Shown here piece by piece: positions 1 through 8,681 of a DNA stretch of 64,000 nt (position 1 is its first letter; each line of letters starts with the position of its first letter). A program made the position numbers and the translations under genes. Where the stretch lies: contig JBDHKN010000006.1 of the NCBI GenBank assembly GCA_039586365.1, positions 64,001 to 128,000 of the forward strand, given 5' to 3'. The stretch is from Gemmatimonadota bacterium (lineage in GTDB: Bacteria > Gemmatimonadota > Gemmatimonadetes > Gemmatimonadales > GWC2-71-9). The notes below the pieces were generated by a model. The model was given only the letters and a program-made list of their open reading frames with translations, ran no database searches and was not told where the DNA came from.

Positions 1-1
1 A

Positions 2-505
2 GTGCTGTCCACACTGTCTCAGGAGTTCGCTGTCCCCCAACATAGAATGACGTTGGCTTATCGAGACCACCATGGTCAGATGAAGCTATTGCGGGCGGCT
101 CTCGGCCACGGCAAACGCCAGCGCGTGCATTCGTATTCAGAGGAAAGTGTCCTGCGCGCGATCGCTGACGCAGACTTTGTGTTTTTCGGTATCGATCACC
201 CACAACCGGTATTGGACGCTGAGGTGATCGGTGGTTTGCGGGATTTCACGAAGCGACCTCTGACGATCGTCGATTTCAATAGCTATGGTTCAATGCGCTA
301 CTCGAGTATCCCTGATGGTGTGAGAGTGTGGACCGAAGCAGAGTTGGATCGAGCAGTTGCGGCGTATGCCGACCTGATGTGCTCTCGGGCCGAGTTCTCC
401 GCGGCCGTAGAAGCCATGGAAACGTGGATAGAAGACCGCCTACCGGTGTCCGATGTGGATGCTGACTCCAAGACTGAAATCAGTGCAGCCAAGAGTACTA
501 TATGA
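2..505 (+). CDS. C-terminal part of a divergent glutamyl-tRNA reductase (HemA)-like protein, truncated by the window edge
   Basis: 'IADADFVFFGIDHPQPVL...RPLTIVDF' resembles the HemA NADPH-binding domain; directly upstream of cbiX and cobA-hemD. Confidence 0.5.
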   Translation: MLSTLSQEFAVPQHRMTLAYRDHHGQMKLLRAALGHGKRQRVHSYSEESVLRAIADADFVFFGIDHPQPVLDAEVIGGLRDFTKRPLTIVDFNSYGSMRYSSIPDGVRVWTEAELDRAVAAYADLMCSRAEFSAAVEAMETWIEDRLPVSDVDADSKTEISAAKSTI

Positions 506-548
506 CTTCATTGAGTGATCCACTCGTTGTGTTGGCGCTCCGATCTCG

Positions 549-905
549 ATGCTGATCTTGATTGCACACGGCAGCCGGCGGTCAGAATGGAGAGCGTCTG
601 CAGAGGGTCTGGTCAAATCGCTGCAAACGGACATAGGTCGCGACGCTGTACAGCTCGCTTACATGGATTGTACACCGCCGACGCTCATGGAAGTAGTATC
701 CAAAGCGGTACAGCAAGGAATCAAACGAATTCGAGTGCTGCCACTATTTCTAACAGCCGAAGGACACGTGACCCGTGATATTCACCCTCTTGTGGAGGAG
801 GCACGTGAGTCATATGCCGATGTTGTGTTGGAGCTGCTACCACCAGTTGGCCAGCATCCGATGTTCCTGGAACTACTGAAGACAATTGCCATCCGGGAGC
901 CGTGA
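549..905 (+). CDS. cbiX: Small sirohydrochlorin chelatase (CbiX/SirB family)
   Basis: LILIAHGSR, AYMD..PP, VLPLFL..GHV..DI motifs; 118 aa single domain. Confidence 0.9.
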   Translation: MLILIAHGSRRSEWRASAEGLVKSLQTDIGRDAVQLAYMDCTPPTLMEVVSKAVQQGIKRIRVLPLFLTAEGHVTRDIHPLVEEARESYADVVLELLPPVGQHPMFLELLKTIAIREP

Positions 906-909
906 ATAC

Positions 910-2457
910 ATGACGACCGACGGAAGCAAACGGCCACCTGGTATCGTCTATCTAGTGGGTGCCGGTCCTGGGGATCCCGGTCTAATCACGCTGCGCGCTG
1001 TTGAGTGTCTTGGACGGGCCGATGTGGTCATATACGATTATCTCGTCAACCCGGTCCTAGTCAGGCACGCCGCGGCTGCTGCGGAACTCGTCTGTCTTGG
1101 TCGCCCAACTACAGGACGCACTGTCTCCCAGGCAGAGATCAACCAACTAATGCTGGAGGCGGCTCAGGACGGCAAGATAGTCGTGCGGTTGAAGGGTGGG
1201 GATCCCTCGGTATTTGGCCGTGGGGCCGACGAGACAGGAGCCCTGCGGGAGGCAGGAATCCCCTTCGAGGTTATTCCGGGCATCACAGCTGGCCTAGCGG
1301 TCGGAGCCTACTGCGAAATCCCAATTACCCATCACGAGGATGCATCAGCTATCGCGTTGATAACGGGTCGGGAACGTGACGAGAAAGGGGAGTCTGCCAT
1401 TGATCACGCTGCGCTGGCCCGCTTCCCTGGCACACTCGTCTTCTACATGGGAGTCGAAAAGGTGACTCAGTGGAGCCAAGGCTTGATCGGACACGGAAAG
1501 CCACCCGAGACTCCCGTTGCAGTCGTTCGGTGGTGCACGCGTGCCCAGCAGCAAGAGATCCGCTGCACGCTGGGTACGGTTGCCGATACCATTAGGGACC
1601 ACGCGCTGCGTCCACCGGCACTGTTCGTAGTAGGCAAAGCGGTGGACCGCGCGCCTGTGCGCTCCTGGTTCACAGAGCGACCGCTGTTCGGGCAGCGAAT
1701 TCTCGTACCGGGATCGCAGACAACGTCTGACAGACTGCGCGACAGACTTGCAGAACTCGGGGCGGATGCGATCACGCAGCCGGCGATTCGGATTAGCGAA
1801 CCGGCTGACTGGGCAGCCGTGGATGATGCACTGGACAAGCTTGGCCAATACGATTGGCTGGTGTTCTCGAGTGGAAACGGCGTTGACTACTTGCTCAGAA
1901 GAATTGAATACCGGGGTGGGGATGTGCGCTGGCTAGGACGCATCAAGCTTGCGGCTATGGGCTCGGGCACTGCCGAGCGGTTGGCCCACTATCACCTCAA
2001 AGCAGATCTGGTCCCTGCGCAGTTCGTGGCGGAATCCCTGGCGGGTACACTTGTGGGAGAAGCTGAACGCAGGCGATTTCTGCTGGCCCGGGCTAGCAGG
2101 GGTCGGGAAGTGCTGGCAATGGAGCTGAGAGAGGCTGGGGCCCACGTCGATCAGATTGTTGTGTACGACAGTGTTGATGTTGAGGAACCCGACCCTGACG
2201 TAGCCGCTCAGCTCACGGCTGGGGCGATCCATTGGATCACAGTCACGAGTTCGGCCGTAGCCCGCTCCCTGGTGAACCTCTACGGTGACGACCTTGCAGC
2301 GGCGAGAATCGCCAGCATCGGTCCAGTGACCTCTGGTACACTACGCGATTTGGGTCACGAACCTTCAGTCGAGGCCACGCCACAATCGATCGAGGGTCTG
2401 GTGGAGGCGATTCAGCGTTTGTCGACTGTCGACCGACGACTGACGATGCACGATTGA
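910..2457 (+). CDS. cobA: Uroporphyrinogen-III C-methyltransferase / uroporphyrinogen-III synthase fusion (CobA-HemD)
   Basis: VYLVGAGPGDPGLIT, VRLKGGDP, PGITA; C-terminal HemD domain (YDWLVFSSGNGV, SIGPVTS); start taken at ATG 910. Confidence 0.95.
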   Translation: MTTDGSKRPPGIVYLVGAGPGDPGLITLRAVECLGRADVVIYDYLVNPVLVRHAAAAAELVCLGRPTTGRTVSQAEINQLMLEAAQDGKIVVRLKGGDPSVFGRGADETGALREAGIPFEVIPGITAGLAVGAYCEIPITHHEDASAIALITGRERDEKGESAIDHAALARFPGTLVFYMGVEKVTQWSQGLIGHGKPPETPVAVVRWCTRAQQQEIRCTLGTVADTIRDHALRPPALFVVGKAVDRAPVRSWFTERPLFGQRILVPGSQTTSDRLRDRLAELGADAITQPAIRISEPADWAAVDDALDKLGQYDWLVFSSGNGVDYLLRRIEYRGGDVRWLGRIKLAAMGSGTAERLAHYHLKADLVPAQFVAESLAGTLVGEAERRRFLLARASRGREVLAMELREAGAHVDQIVVYDSVDVEEPDPDVAAQLTAGAIHWITVTSSAVARSLVNLYGDDLAAARIASIGPVTSGTLRDLGHEPSVEATPQSIEGLVEAIQRLSTVDRRLTMHD

Positions 2458-2523
2458 CTAATGGCAAAGGGCGATCCGTGGCCGATCTCCCGAGCTACGT
2501 CGTCAACGCTGAATGATCAGTCG

Positions 2524-3186
2524 TCAATAGTCAGTCGTCAATCGGCTGGCTAGTTGGGCCACAGTAGTTCGCTTGAGCACTCTGTCTTCGTACAAATCCA
2601 CCGGACCCTCGTCAGAGAGCAAGTCCTGCCTTCCTGTCAGGATGGCGGCCTGCCCCAGCTCTCCCAGACACCAGACAGCCATGCCGCGAGACTGCGGCTT
2701 GGGGTCCTTCAGGGCTGCGGCAATCGCCGGCATGACTTCCTGAACATGATCGCCTGCTAGAGCGCCAACACGACCTATGGCCCAGAGTGCGCCAGGTCTG
2801 AAGTGCTCGAGATCCTCCTCAGCTAGCTCCAAAATCAGTGTCACTACTATTGGTATGTACTCGCCGAAGAGCGCCGGCATGTGGTGAACAACTTCGGCAA
2901 TTGCCTCCGGTGCGTGCCAGCAGATGCCGCCAGACTCTTCGGTTATCAGCCAGAACAAGCGCCGCAGGTGTTCTCGGACGTAGGCGGGATCGTCGTTCGC
3001 GATGCGGACGGCCGCCAATGCCTGTGCCTCGACGGCACGCCAGCAGATTTGTGGATCCTCGTCATAGGTGAGAGAAATGAGGACTTTGAGGATACGCCTC
3101 CTCGTCGCCGCCATTTCAGCAATCTGTTCAAGTTGCCCTTGATCGAGCAGCTGTCGCAGGGTGTGTTTGAGTGCGATGTGTGCCAT
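2524..3186 (-). CDS. HEAT-repeat protein, DVU0298-like family
   Basis: WRAVEA...RRLFWLITEESGGICWHAPEAIAE...GALWAIGR pattern; start chosen at ATG 3186 because the longer ORF runs into the divergent promoter region. Confidence 0.7.
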   Translation of the reverse strand: MAHIALKHTLRQLLDQGQLEQIAEMAATRRRILKVLISLTYDEDPQICWRAVEAQALAAVRIANDDPAYVREHLRRLFWLITEESGGICWHAPEAIAEVVHHMPALFGEYIPIVVTLILELAEEDLEHFRPGALWAIGRVGALAGDHVQEVMPAIAAALKDPKPQSRGMAVWCLGELGQAAILTGRQDLLSDEGPVDLYEDRVLKRTTVAQLASRLTTDY

Positions 3187-3266
3187 CCGTAGTAATCCTA
3201 GATTGTCGCCGGCCCTACTCCCGGGAGATACCCCACGAAGCATACCGTGTCTATCTGCGACGTCAA

Positions 3267-3334
3267 TTTCAGTATAGTGCAACCTGTGTGACTGTTGTCT
3301 GATTGCTCTTTCATCACGGAGTGCTATACTGAAA
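3267..3334. promoter_or_regulatory. Candidate divergent sigma70 promoters
   Basis: + strand TTGCTC-N16-TATACT with TG extension (3303-3330); - strand TATACT at 3271-3276. Confidence 0.5.
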
Positions 3335-3402
3335 AACCAGTGTGGGTTGGAGAACCGAGGTGCATGGATTGCGGGAGACACGTACTGGAAGGAGGATGTC
3401 GC

Positions 3403-4746
3403 ATGAGCGACCGTGAGGGCATAGCAGCTCTTTGGACCAAGGAAGACTGGTGGGCGGTCTGGCTCGGGTTGGGGATCATCGCCTGTGCGATCGTCTTCTT
3501 TGTGGCAGGAGGCACGCTCAGACCATTGGCCGTCAGCCCTCCGAGGGATTGGACGGTATTTTCAAGGGTAACATCACATTTTGCTGAGAACTGGATCTGG
3601 TACGTTCTGCTCTACCTGGTGTTCGGCGGCGTATTCACGTTGAGTACGTCTGTCATGGGCCACAAGGCGAAGCAATACGTACCCGGCTTCACGCTGATAT
3701 TCCTGGTCTCAGTTTTCATCCTAGTAGTCAGCCAGAGTCAGTTCTTCCACTACTACAGTCTGGAGGCGCCGTTGGTGGCGCTCATCCTGGGCCTTTTCGT
3801 CGGGAACTTCGCCAGGCTGCCCGATTGGCTCGACAGTTCTCTCAGGACCGAGTACTACATCAAGACAGGCATTGTTTTGCTGGGTGCAACCTTGCCGCTG
3901 ACCTTGATCGTCACCGCTGGGCCGATCGCCTTTCTTCAAGCTACTATTGTATCGCTCTGCACATGGCTGGCAATGTTTTTCTTCGCGACCCGCGTGTTCA
4001 AACTCGACAAGCGCTTCGGAGCGGTACTTGGAGCCGGTGGTGCTGTGTGTGGAGTCTCTGCATCCATCGCGGTTGGTGGAGCGGTGAAGGCAGACAAGGA
4101 ACACGTGGCAATCAGCATATCGATTGTATCTCTGTGGGCACTCGTCATGATCTTCTTCCTGCCACTGGCGAGCAAGGCTCTGGGCCTTCATCCGGGCGTG
4201 GCGGGAGCCTGGATAGGAACCAGCGAGTTTGCTGACGCCGCGGGCTACGCGGCCGCGCAGACTATTGCTTCGAACTCCGGCAACGAAGCTGCCATCCAGA
4301 CCTTCACTCTCATGAAAGTGATCGGACGGGATATCTGGATCGGGATCTGGGCGTTCGTGCTGTCGATCGTCTCTGTGGCCCTGTGGGAGCGAGGGTCCAA
4401 CACGGGGGGCTCGACGGTGGGAGTAGGGGTCATATGGTCACGATTCCCGAAGTTCGTTATCGGGTTCTTCCTCGCCTCAGTAATCATGAGCATCCTGGTG
4501 GCGAGTTCCTCGGCCGACTACGCAGCCGACATTACACCGAGGCTCATTACGCCCATCAAGACACTGCGGACTTGGACGTTTGTCTTCACGTTCCTTTGCA
4601 TCGGTCTCACCACACGATTTCGTGATCTGGCCAAGTTTGGAATGCCACCCTTCTGGGCATTTACTGTCGGTGTTCTCGTGAATGTTCCACTGGGCTACTT
4701 CTTGTCCACAGTGGTTTTCGGTGACTACTGGATGGCTGTGCAGTGA
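3403..4746 (+). CDS. Putative sulfate exporter (YeiH/PSE family) membrane transporter
   Basis: EDWWAVWLG, YIKTGIVLLGA, AVCGVSASIA, GAWIGTSE, RFPKFVIGF; many TM segments; GGAGG RBS before ATG 3403. Confidence 0.85.
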   Translation: MSDREGIAALWTKEDWWAVWLGLGIIACAIVFFVAGGTLRPLAVSPPRDWTVFSRVTSHFAENWIWYVLLYLVFGGVFTLSTSVMGHKAKQYVPGFTLIFLVSVFILVVSQSQFFHYYSLEAPLVALILGLFVGNFARLPDWLDSSLRTEYYIKTGIVLLGATLPLTLIVTAGPIAFLQATIVSLCTWLAMFFFATRVFKLDKRFGAVLGAGGAVCGVSASIAVGGAVKADKEHVAISISIVSLWALVMIFFLPLASKALGLHPGVAGAWIGTSEFADAAGYAAAQTIASNSGNEAAIQTFTLMKVIGRDIWIGIWAFVLSIVSVALWERGSNTGGSTVGVGVIWSRFPKFVIGFFLASVIMSILVASSSADYAADITPRLITPIKTLRTWTFVFTFLCIGLTTRFRDLAKFGMPPFWAFTVGVLVNVPLGYFLSTVVFGDYWMAVQ

Positions 4747-4765
4747 AGCAATCGCTGTGATCTAG

Positions 4766-4802
4766 GCAATCAGCTGCCAGCAGATTGCTGGCAGCTGATT
4801 GC
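4766..4802. terminator. Hairpin between convergent genes, probable bidirectional terminator
   Basis: Perfect 17-bp inverted repeat GCAATCAGCTGCCAGCA-gat-TGCTGGCAGCTGATTGC. Confidence 0.75.
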
Positions 4803-4810
4803 TGATGGCT

Positions 4811-6430
4811 CTAATGCATCTCCCACTCGATGAACCCAGGTTCCACATCAGTCATGCAGTTCACAATCAACTCAACCAGGCCGTCATAGAGAATGGAGTG
4901 TTTCTCCCATAGGTCGTAGTAGTTGAACAGGTCGCGCAACTGACCTTTACAGTTCGAGCATGGTGCACAAACGTATTTCTGAATTGACGGATCGAGCTCG
5001 TCCTTGAAGGCATTCAGGATCTGCTCCATCTTCTTGCGGCCGCTGACCTGGGCCCGCCAATCAGCGAAGTTGTGGCCCGACATGATCGCAAATCCACTGC
5101 CCCCTCCGCAGCAATAATTGTCCACGCCGTGGGGCGTCATCTCCCTGAACCGCGGAGCGATCTTCCTGATGACACGTCGCTGTGGCTCAACTATACCCAT
5201 CAGCCTGACAACGTTGCACGGATCGTGCAAGGTGACGGGGAAATCGTTGCGCAACGGATCGACCTTGACCCTCCCAGAAGAAACGAGATTCTCCAGTGTC
5301 ACGAAACAGCTTTCCCGTGGGATGTTGAGGTCGCCGGTCAACACGCGGTCAGCGATTACCGTGAGGGCTTTGTGGGCGTGTCCACACTCCCCGAGCACGA
5401 TCTTCTTTACTCCGAGCTTCTTGGCGATCTGAGCATGCTGGATGGCGACACGGGCAAACTGAGCGTCGTCATACCAAACACCATAGTTGACGCTGTCGTA
5501 ACCAGCAAGTTCGCTCGACATGGTCCAGTTCAAGCCAGCTGACTCGAATATTACTGCAAACGCCCCGGGATTCATGGGCCAAGACAGGATTTCGCCGGCG
5601 TTGTGGATCAGCAGTATGTCGGCGCCCTCCTTGTCCCACGGAGTCTCGATCGTCAAGCCCGTTTTCTCAGAGACGTCCTCATCTATGAACTCCATATTGT
5701 CCTTGACCACGATGGCGTTCATACCCGTAGAAGATCCGACCTTGAGTTGCTGGACGGAGCCGGCCTCGTGCAGTTCTTTGGGGGCTATACCCATCTCCAT
5801 GCTGAAGACCTTGCGGATCTCGTGTGCGATCAATGCATTGTCGACGCCGATCGGGCAGGTCTGGGCACAACGCCGGCATAGGTTGCAGCGATAGGCTAGC
5901 TCTGCCAGACGAGCAACCGTGGTCCAGTTCAGCTCTATCTCTCCGTCCTGCCAGGCCTGAAGCATTCCGCCATTTCCCTTGTGCTTGACGTGTTTCTTGT
6001 ACAAGCGGCGAAAAACCTCTGAGCGATAGGCAGGTCGATAGACAGGATTGTTCCCGCTTGCCTCATAGATGTGACATGCATCCGAGCAAGTGTGGCAGGT
6101 GGCACAGTGCTCCATCGACATCAGGAGCGGCTGCAGGAAAGTCCAGTTGTTCTCCTTGGTGAACAGCTTCTGCAGTCCAGAGAGGAACTGCGCAACCAGC
6201 TTGTCCTCCTCTTCTTTGGTCTTGGGCTTCGGGATGCTGACGGCAATCGTGTCGTCCATTGAGGACTCGTATGTCTCCTCAGCCTTTTCGCTCAAGGGCT
6301 TGAAGTCCGGCGTAGCCTCAGGAGTCTGGAATGGTTCTGGGAGAGGCTTGAAATCCTCTTTTCTCAGCTCGGTCAGCTTCGCCGACGGCTTGGATATATC
6401 TTCGATTCTTACCCGCTTCCTCGTTTGCAT
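4811..6430 (-). CDS. DsrK/HdrD-like Fe-S oxidoreductase (two 4Fe-4S motifs + CCG domain), module 1
   Basis: CATCHTCSDAC, CNLCRRCAQTCP, GECGH, HDPC, CCGGGSG, CSNC; start at ATG 6430 after GAGGAG. Confidence 0.88.
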   Translation of the reverse strand: MQTRKRVRIEDISKPSAKLTELRKEDFKPLPEPFQTPEATPDFKPLSEKAEETYESSMDDTIAVSIPKPKTKEEEDKLVAQFLSGLQKLFTKENNWTFLQPLLMSMEHCATCHTCSDACHIYEASGNNPVYRPAYRSEVFRRLYKKHVKHKGNGGMLQAWQDGEIELNWTTVARLAELAYRCNLCRRCAQTCPIGVDNALIAHEIRKVFSMEMGIAPKELHEAGSVQQLKVGSSTGMNAIVVKDNMEFIDEDVSEKTGLTIETPWDKEGADILLIHNAGEILSWPMNPGAFAVIFESAGLNWTMSSELAGYDSVNYGVWYDDAQFARVAIQHAQIAKKLGVKKIVLGECGHAHKALTVIADRVLTGDLNIPRESCFVTLENLVSSGRVKVDPLRNDFPVTLHDPCNVVRLMGIVEPQRRVIRKIAPRFREMTPHGVDNYCCGGGSGFAIMSGHNFADWRAQVSGRKKMEQILNAFKDELDPSIQKYVCAPCSNCKGQLRDLFNYYDLWEKHSILYDGLVELIVNCMTDVEPGFIEWEMH

Positions 6431-6432
6431 GC

Positions 6433-7368
6433 CTAGTTCTCCTCGACACCGGAGGTTGCCACGTCGACCCAATTCTTCTTTCCGTCCCCTCGAATGTGGG
6501 GCGCTGACCAACTCACCGGATACTGCAAGGCCTCGGACACCTTACGTTCGATCTTTCCGCCTTTGAAGCTCGGCTCGTCACTCCACCTGATATCATGCCA
6601 CATGAAGTACTTGGTAAAGAAATGCGACATATGAGTGAGAGGGATGTAAGCCACCAGGAGACAGCCCAGCACAATCTCGAGTGCAACCAAGACTGACGGG
6701 GCGTCGAGGCTCGAAAGGTTGAACGTCACGAGCTGGGTGAAGAACGCCCTGAGACCAGAGAAAGTCGGATCTACGGTAGCGTGCGCTAACAAGGCCACGG
6801 CCAACGTCACGATGAAGAAGGCAAGATTGAAGAAATCGGAGTGCTTGGTGTACTCGCGGTAGTCCGCATTGAAGGTTCGTCGCACGAGAAGTGCAACGGA
6901 ACCCACCAGACCAAGGCCCAATCCCACATACCCAACCAAGTAGGTCAGGTGGTAGACGGTCCGTCCCAGCACTCCTCCATCGGCTGAGATGTCCATGCCA
7001 GCGGCACCGGCAATCCCTCCCAAAACCAACAAGCCAACCAGACCACCGAGCAGGTACAAACCGAAATGGAACGGAAACGAGCGGAGCCATTGTTGCAGGT
7101 TGTGTTCGCGAACGCCGGCAAGCAATAGAATTTCGGGAACCATGAACTTCAGTTCGCCAAGCATGGATGACTCACGTGGCTTGGTCCACCAATCAGATTC
7201 CTCGAGGTACGAACCACCGTAGCTTGCCCGACCCTTCTCGTGAGCGACAGGGTAGAGCTCCCAACGCAAGTGAATGGGCAACCGGACAATCTTCACGCCG
7301 CGCCAGACGACTGCCGCGACAAACACGGCAACTGCAGCGTACGGCAGAATGAGCAGCATTAAACCCAC
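6433..7368 (-). CDS. DsrM/NarI-like membrane b-type cytochrome, module 1
   Basis: LRWELYPVAHE...YGGSYLEE..WW, FPFHFG, YIPLTHMSH; multiple TM helices; adjacent to DsrK-like gene. Confidence 0.85.
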   Translation of the reverse strand: MGLMLLILPYAAVAVFVAAVVWRGVKIVRLPIHLRWELYPVAHEKGRASYGGSYLEESDWWTKPRESSMLGELKFMVPEILLLAGVREHNLQQWLRSFPFHFGLYLLGGLVGLLVLGGIAGAAGMDISADGGVLGRTVYHLTYLVGYVGLGLGLVGSVALLVRRTFNADYREYTKHSDFFNLAFFIVTLAVALLAHATVDPTFSGLRAFFTQLVTFNLSSLDAPSVLVALEIVLGCLLVAYIPLTHMSHFFTKYFMWHDIRWSDEPSFKGGKIERKVSEALQYPVSWSAPHIRGDGKKNWVDVATSGVEEN

Positions 7369-7370
7369 CT

Positions 7371-7913
7371 TCAGTCCTCCGTTCGGGACCGCCTCTTGCG
7401 GTCCATGAGTTCTCTGATAGCACCGCTAGTATCAGCGGAATCGGTCTGGTCGTGCACGAGACTCTTGATCTCTTCGGTGCACAATGAGCCGAACCGGTAA
7501 ACCACGCACCTGCGGCACTCGTTCCCCTGAGGAGCGCAGTTGAGTCCCTTGATCATCCAGCATGGTCGGGTGGTCTCCTTGTACGCGGGACAGCTCTCGC
7601 GAGTCTCAGCCTTGCAGGGCAGCAAGTCCCAACACGGGAGCAGCGCTTGCATCCTGCGGATCGCTTCGACATTGAGACCGGAGTTCTGGATCAGGTGGTG
7701 GACGTTATTCACTCGGCTGATGTCTTCGTGCGAGAAGAGACGATGCTTGGAGGCGGTCCGGTGGGCGATTATGAGACCTTCATTCTCGTACTTTCGGACA
7801 GCAGAGACGGAGAGGCCCACCTTCTGCGCCAAGACCCCGATTGAGATTACGGGGTCCTCGATCTGTGGTGGATCTATTTCGCTAGGCGTTTGCCCGTCGT
7901 AGTCGTATCCCAT
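7371..7913 (-). CDS. MerR-family regulator with Cys-rich C-terminal domain containing two CW motifs
   Basis: ISIGVLAQKVGLSVSAVRKYENEGLI...HRLFS HTH; PCWDLLPC...CPAY...PCW...C...CRRC. Confidence 0.85.
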   Translation of the reverse strand: MGYDYDGQTPSEIDPPQIEDPVISIGVLAQKVGLSVSAVRKYENEGLIIAHRTASKHRLFSHEDISRVNNVHHLIQNSGLNVEAIRRMQALLPCWDLLPCKAETRESCPAYKETTRPCWMIKGLNCAPQGNECRRCVVYRFGSLCTEEIKSLVHDQTDSADTSGAIRELMDRKRRSRTED

Positions 7914-8217
7914 CAGGCAGACCGCTCCATAGAAGGAAATCTATTATCTACAGTGCAGGAAATCTGTACGGTAGAATTAAGTTTTCTTTAGGCCGCGTAC
8001 TGACTGGTGGGTGTAGGGGCAGCGGGACTCGTTGATCGAACGATCGTTCGCCATCAACGGTCGGCTCAATCGTCTCGGCGAAGTGACTCGTTACGACTCG
8101 TGACGGCGCAGTCTCTCGTCCATATAGCGCTGCACGGGACTGTAGTCGAGATATCCTGTGGTCAAGATCATAAAAGAAATTGTTGACGTGCTAGCCTGCT
8201 GCACCTCAAAAGACCAA

Positions 8218-8247
8218 TCGGTCTTCGCCTGGCGTGGCGAAGACCGA
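8218..8247 (-). terminator. Probable terminator of the 13.3-8.3 kb operon
   Basis: 12-bp inverted repeat TCGGTCTTCGCC/GGCGAAGACCGA followed on the - strand by TTGGTCTTTT. Confidence 0.6.
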
Positions 8248-8288
8248 CTCACTCACTCTGTTGAGCAGCAGAGGACCCCCGAGCTGGC

Positions 8289-8681
8289 CTAGGCGAGCAA
8301 CTCAGTGACCATGTCGACCAATTTCTGATGGTCCACGGGCTTGCTGATGTAGCCCTCAGGCGGAGGTACCTGACGTCGGGAAGAGATGAACTTCTCGAAC
8401 TCGTCCGAGATGCCGGTGATGATAATGACGGGGATGCTCTTCAGATGATCGTCCTGTTTCAGCCTGCGGTAGACTGCAACCCCCGACTTCTCAGGCATGG
8501 TGATATCCAATGCGACCAAGTCCGGTGCTGCCTGTTCGATCATAGCAATCGCTTCAGCCCCATCGTTGGCCGTGGCAGTGACAAACCCGTGGTCTTGCAG
8601 GACGGTGGTTAGGAATTCGCGTGCATCGGGATCATCATCTACTACCAAGACGGTCTTCGCGTCGTCAGGCATGTGGCCCAT
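8289..8681 (-). CDS. Stand-alone response regulator receiver
   Basis: VLVVDDD, PDLVALDITMP, IITG, SKP; no output domain. Confidence 0.92.
   Translation of the reverse strand: MGHMPDDAKTVLVVDDDPDAREFLTTVLQDHGFVTATANDGAEAIAMIEQAAPDLVALDITMPEKSGVAVYRRLKQDDHLKSIPVIIITGISDEFEKFISSRRQVPPPEGYISKPVDHQKLVDMVTELLA

Noticed and set aside
502..555. ATG overlapping the hemA-like stop as a frameshifted cbiX start
   Set aside because: That frame closes after 17 codons, and cbiX is complete from ATG 549.
4811..7368. Calling module 1 canonical dsrMKJOP
   Set aside because: No dsrJ, dsrO or dsrP follow and the anchor lacks two heme ligands, so gene symbols were withheld.
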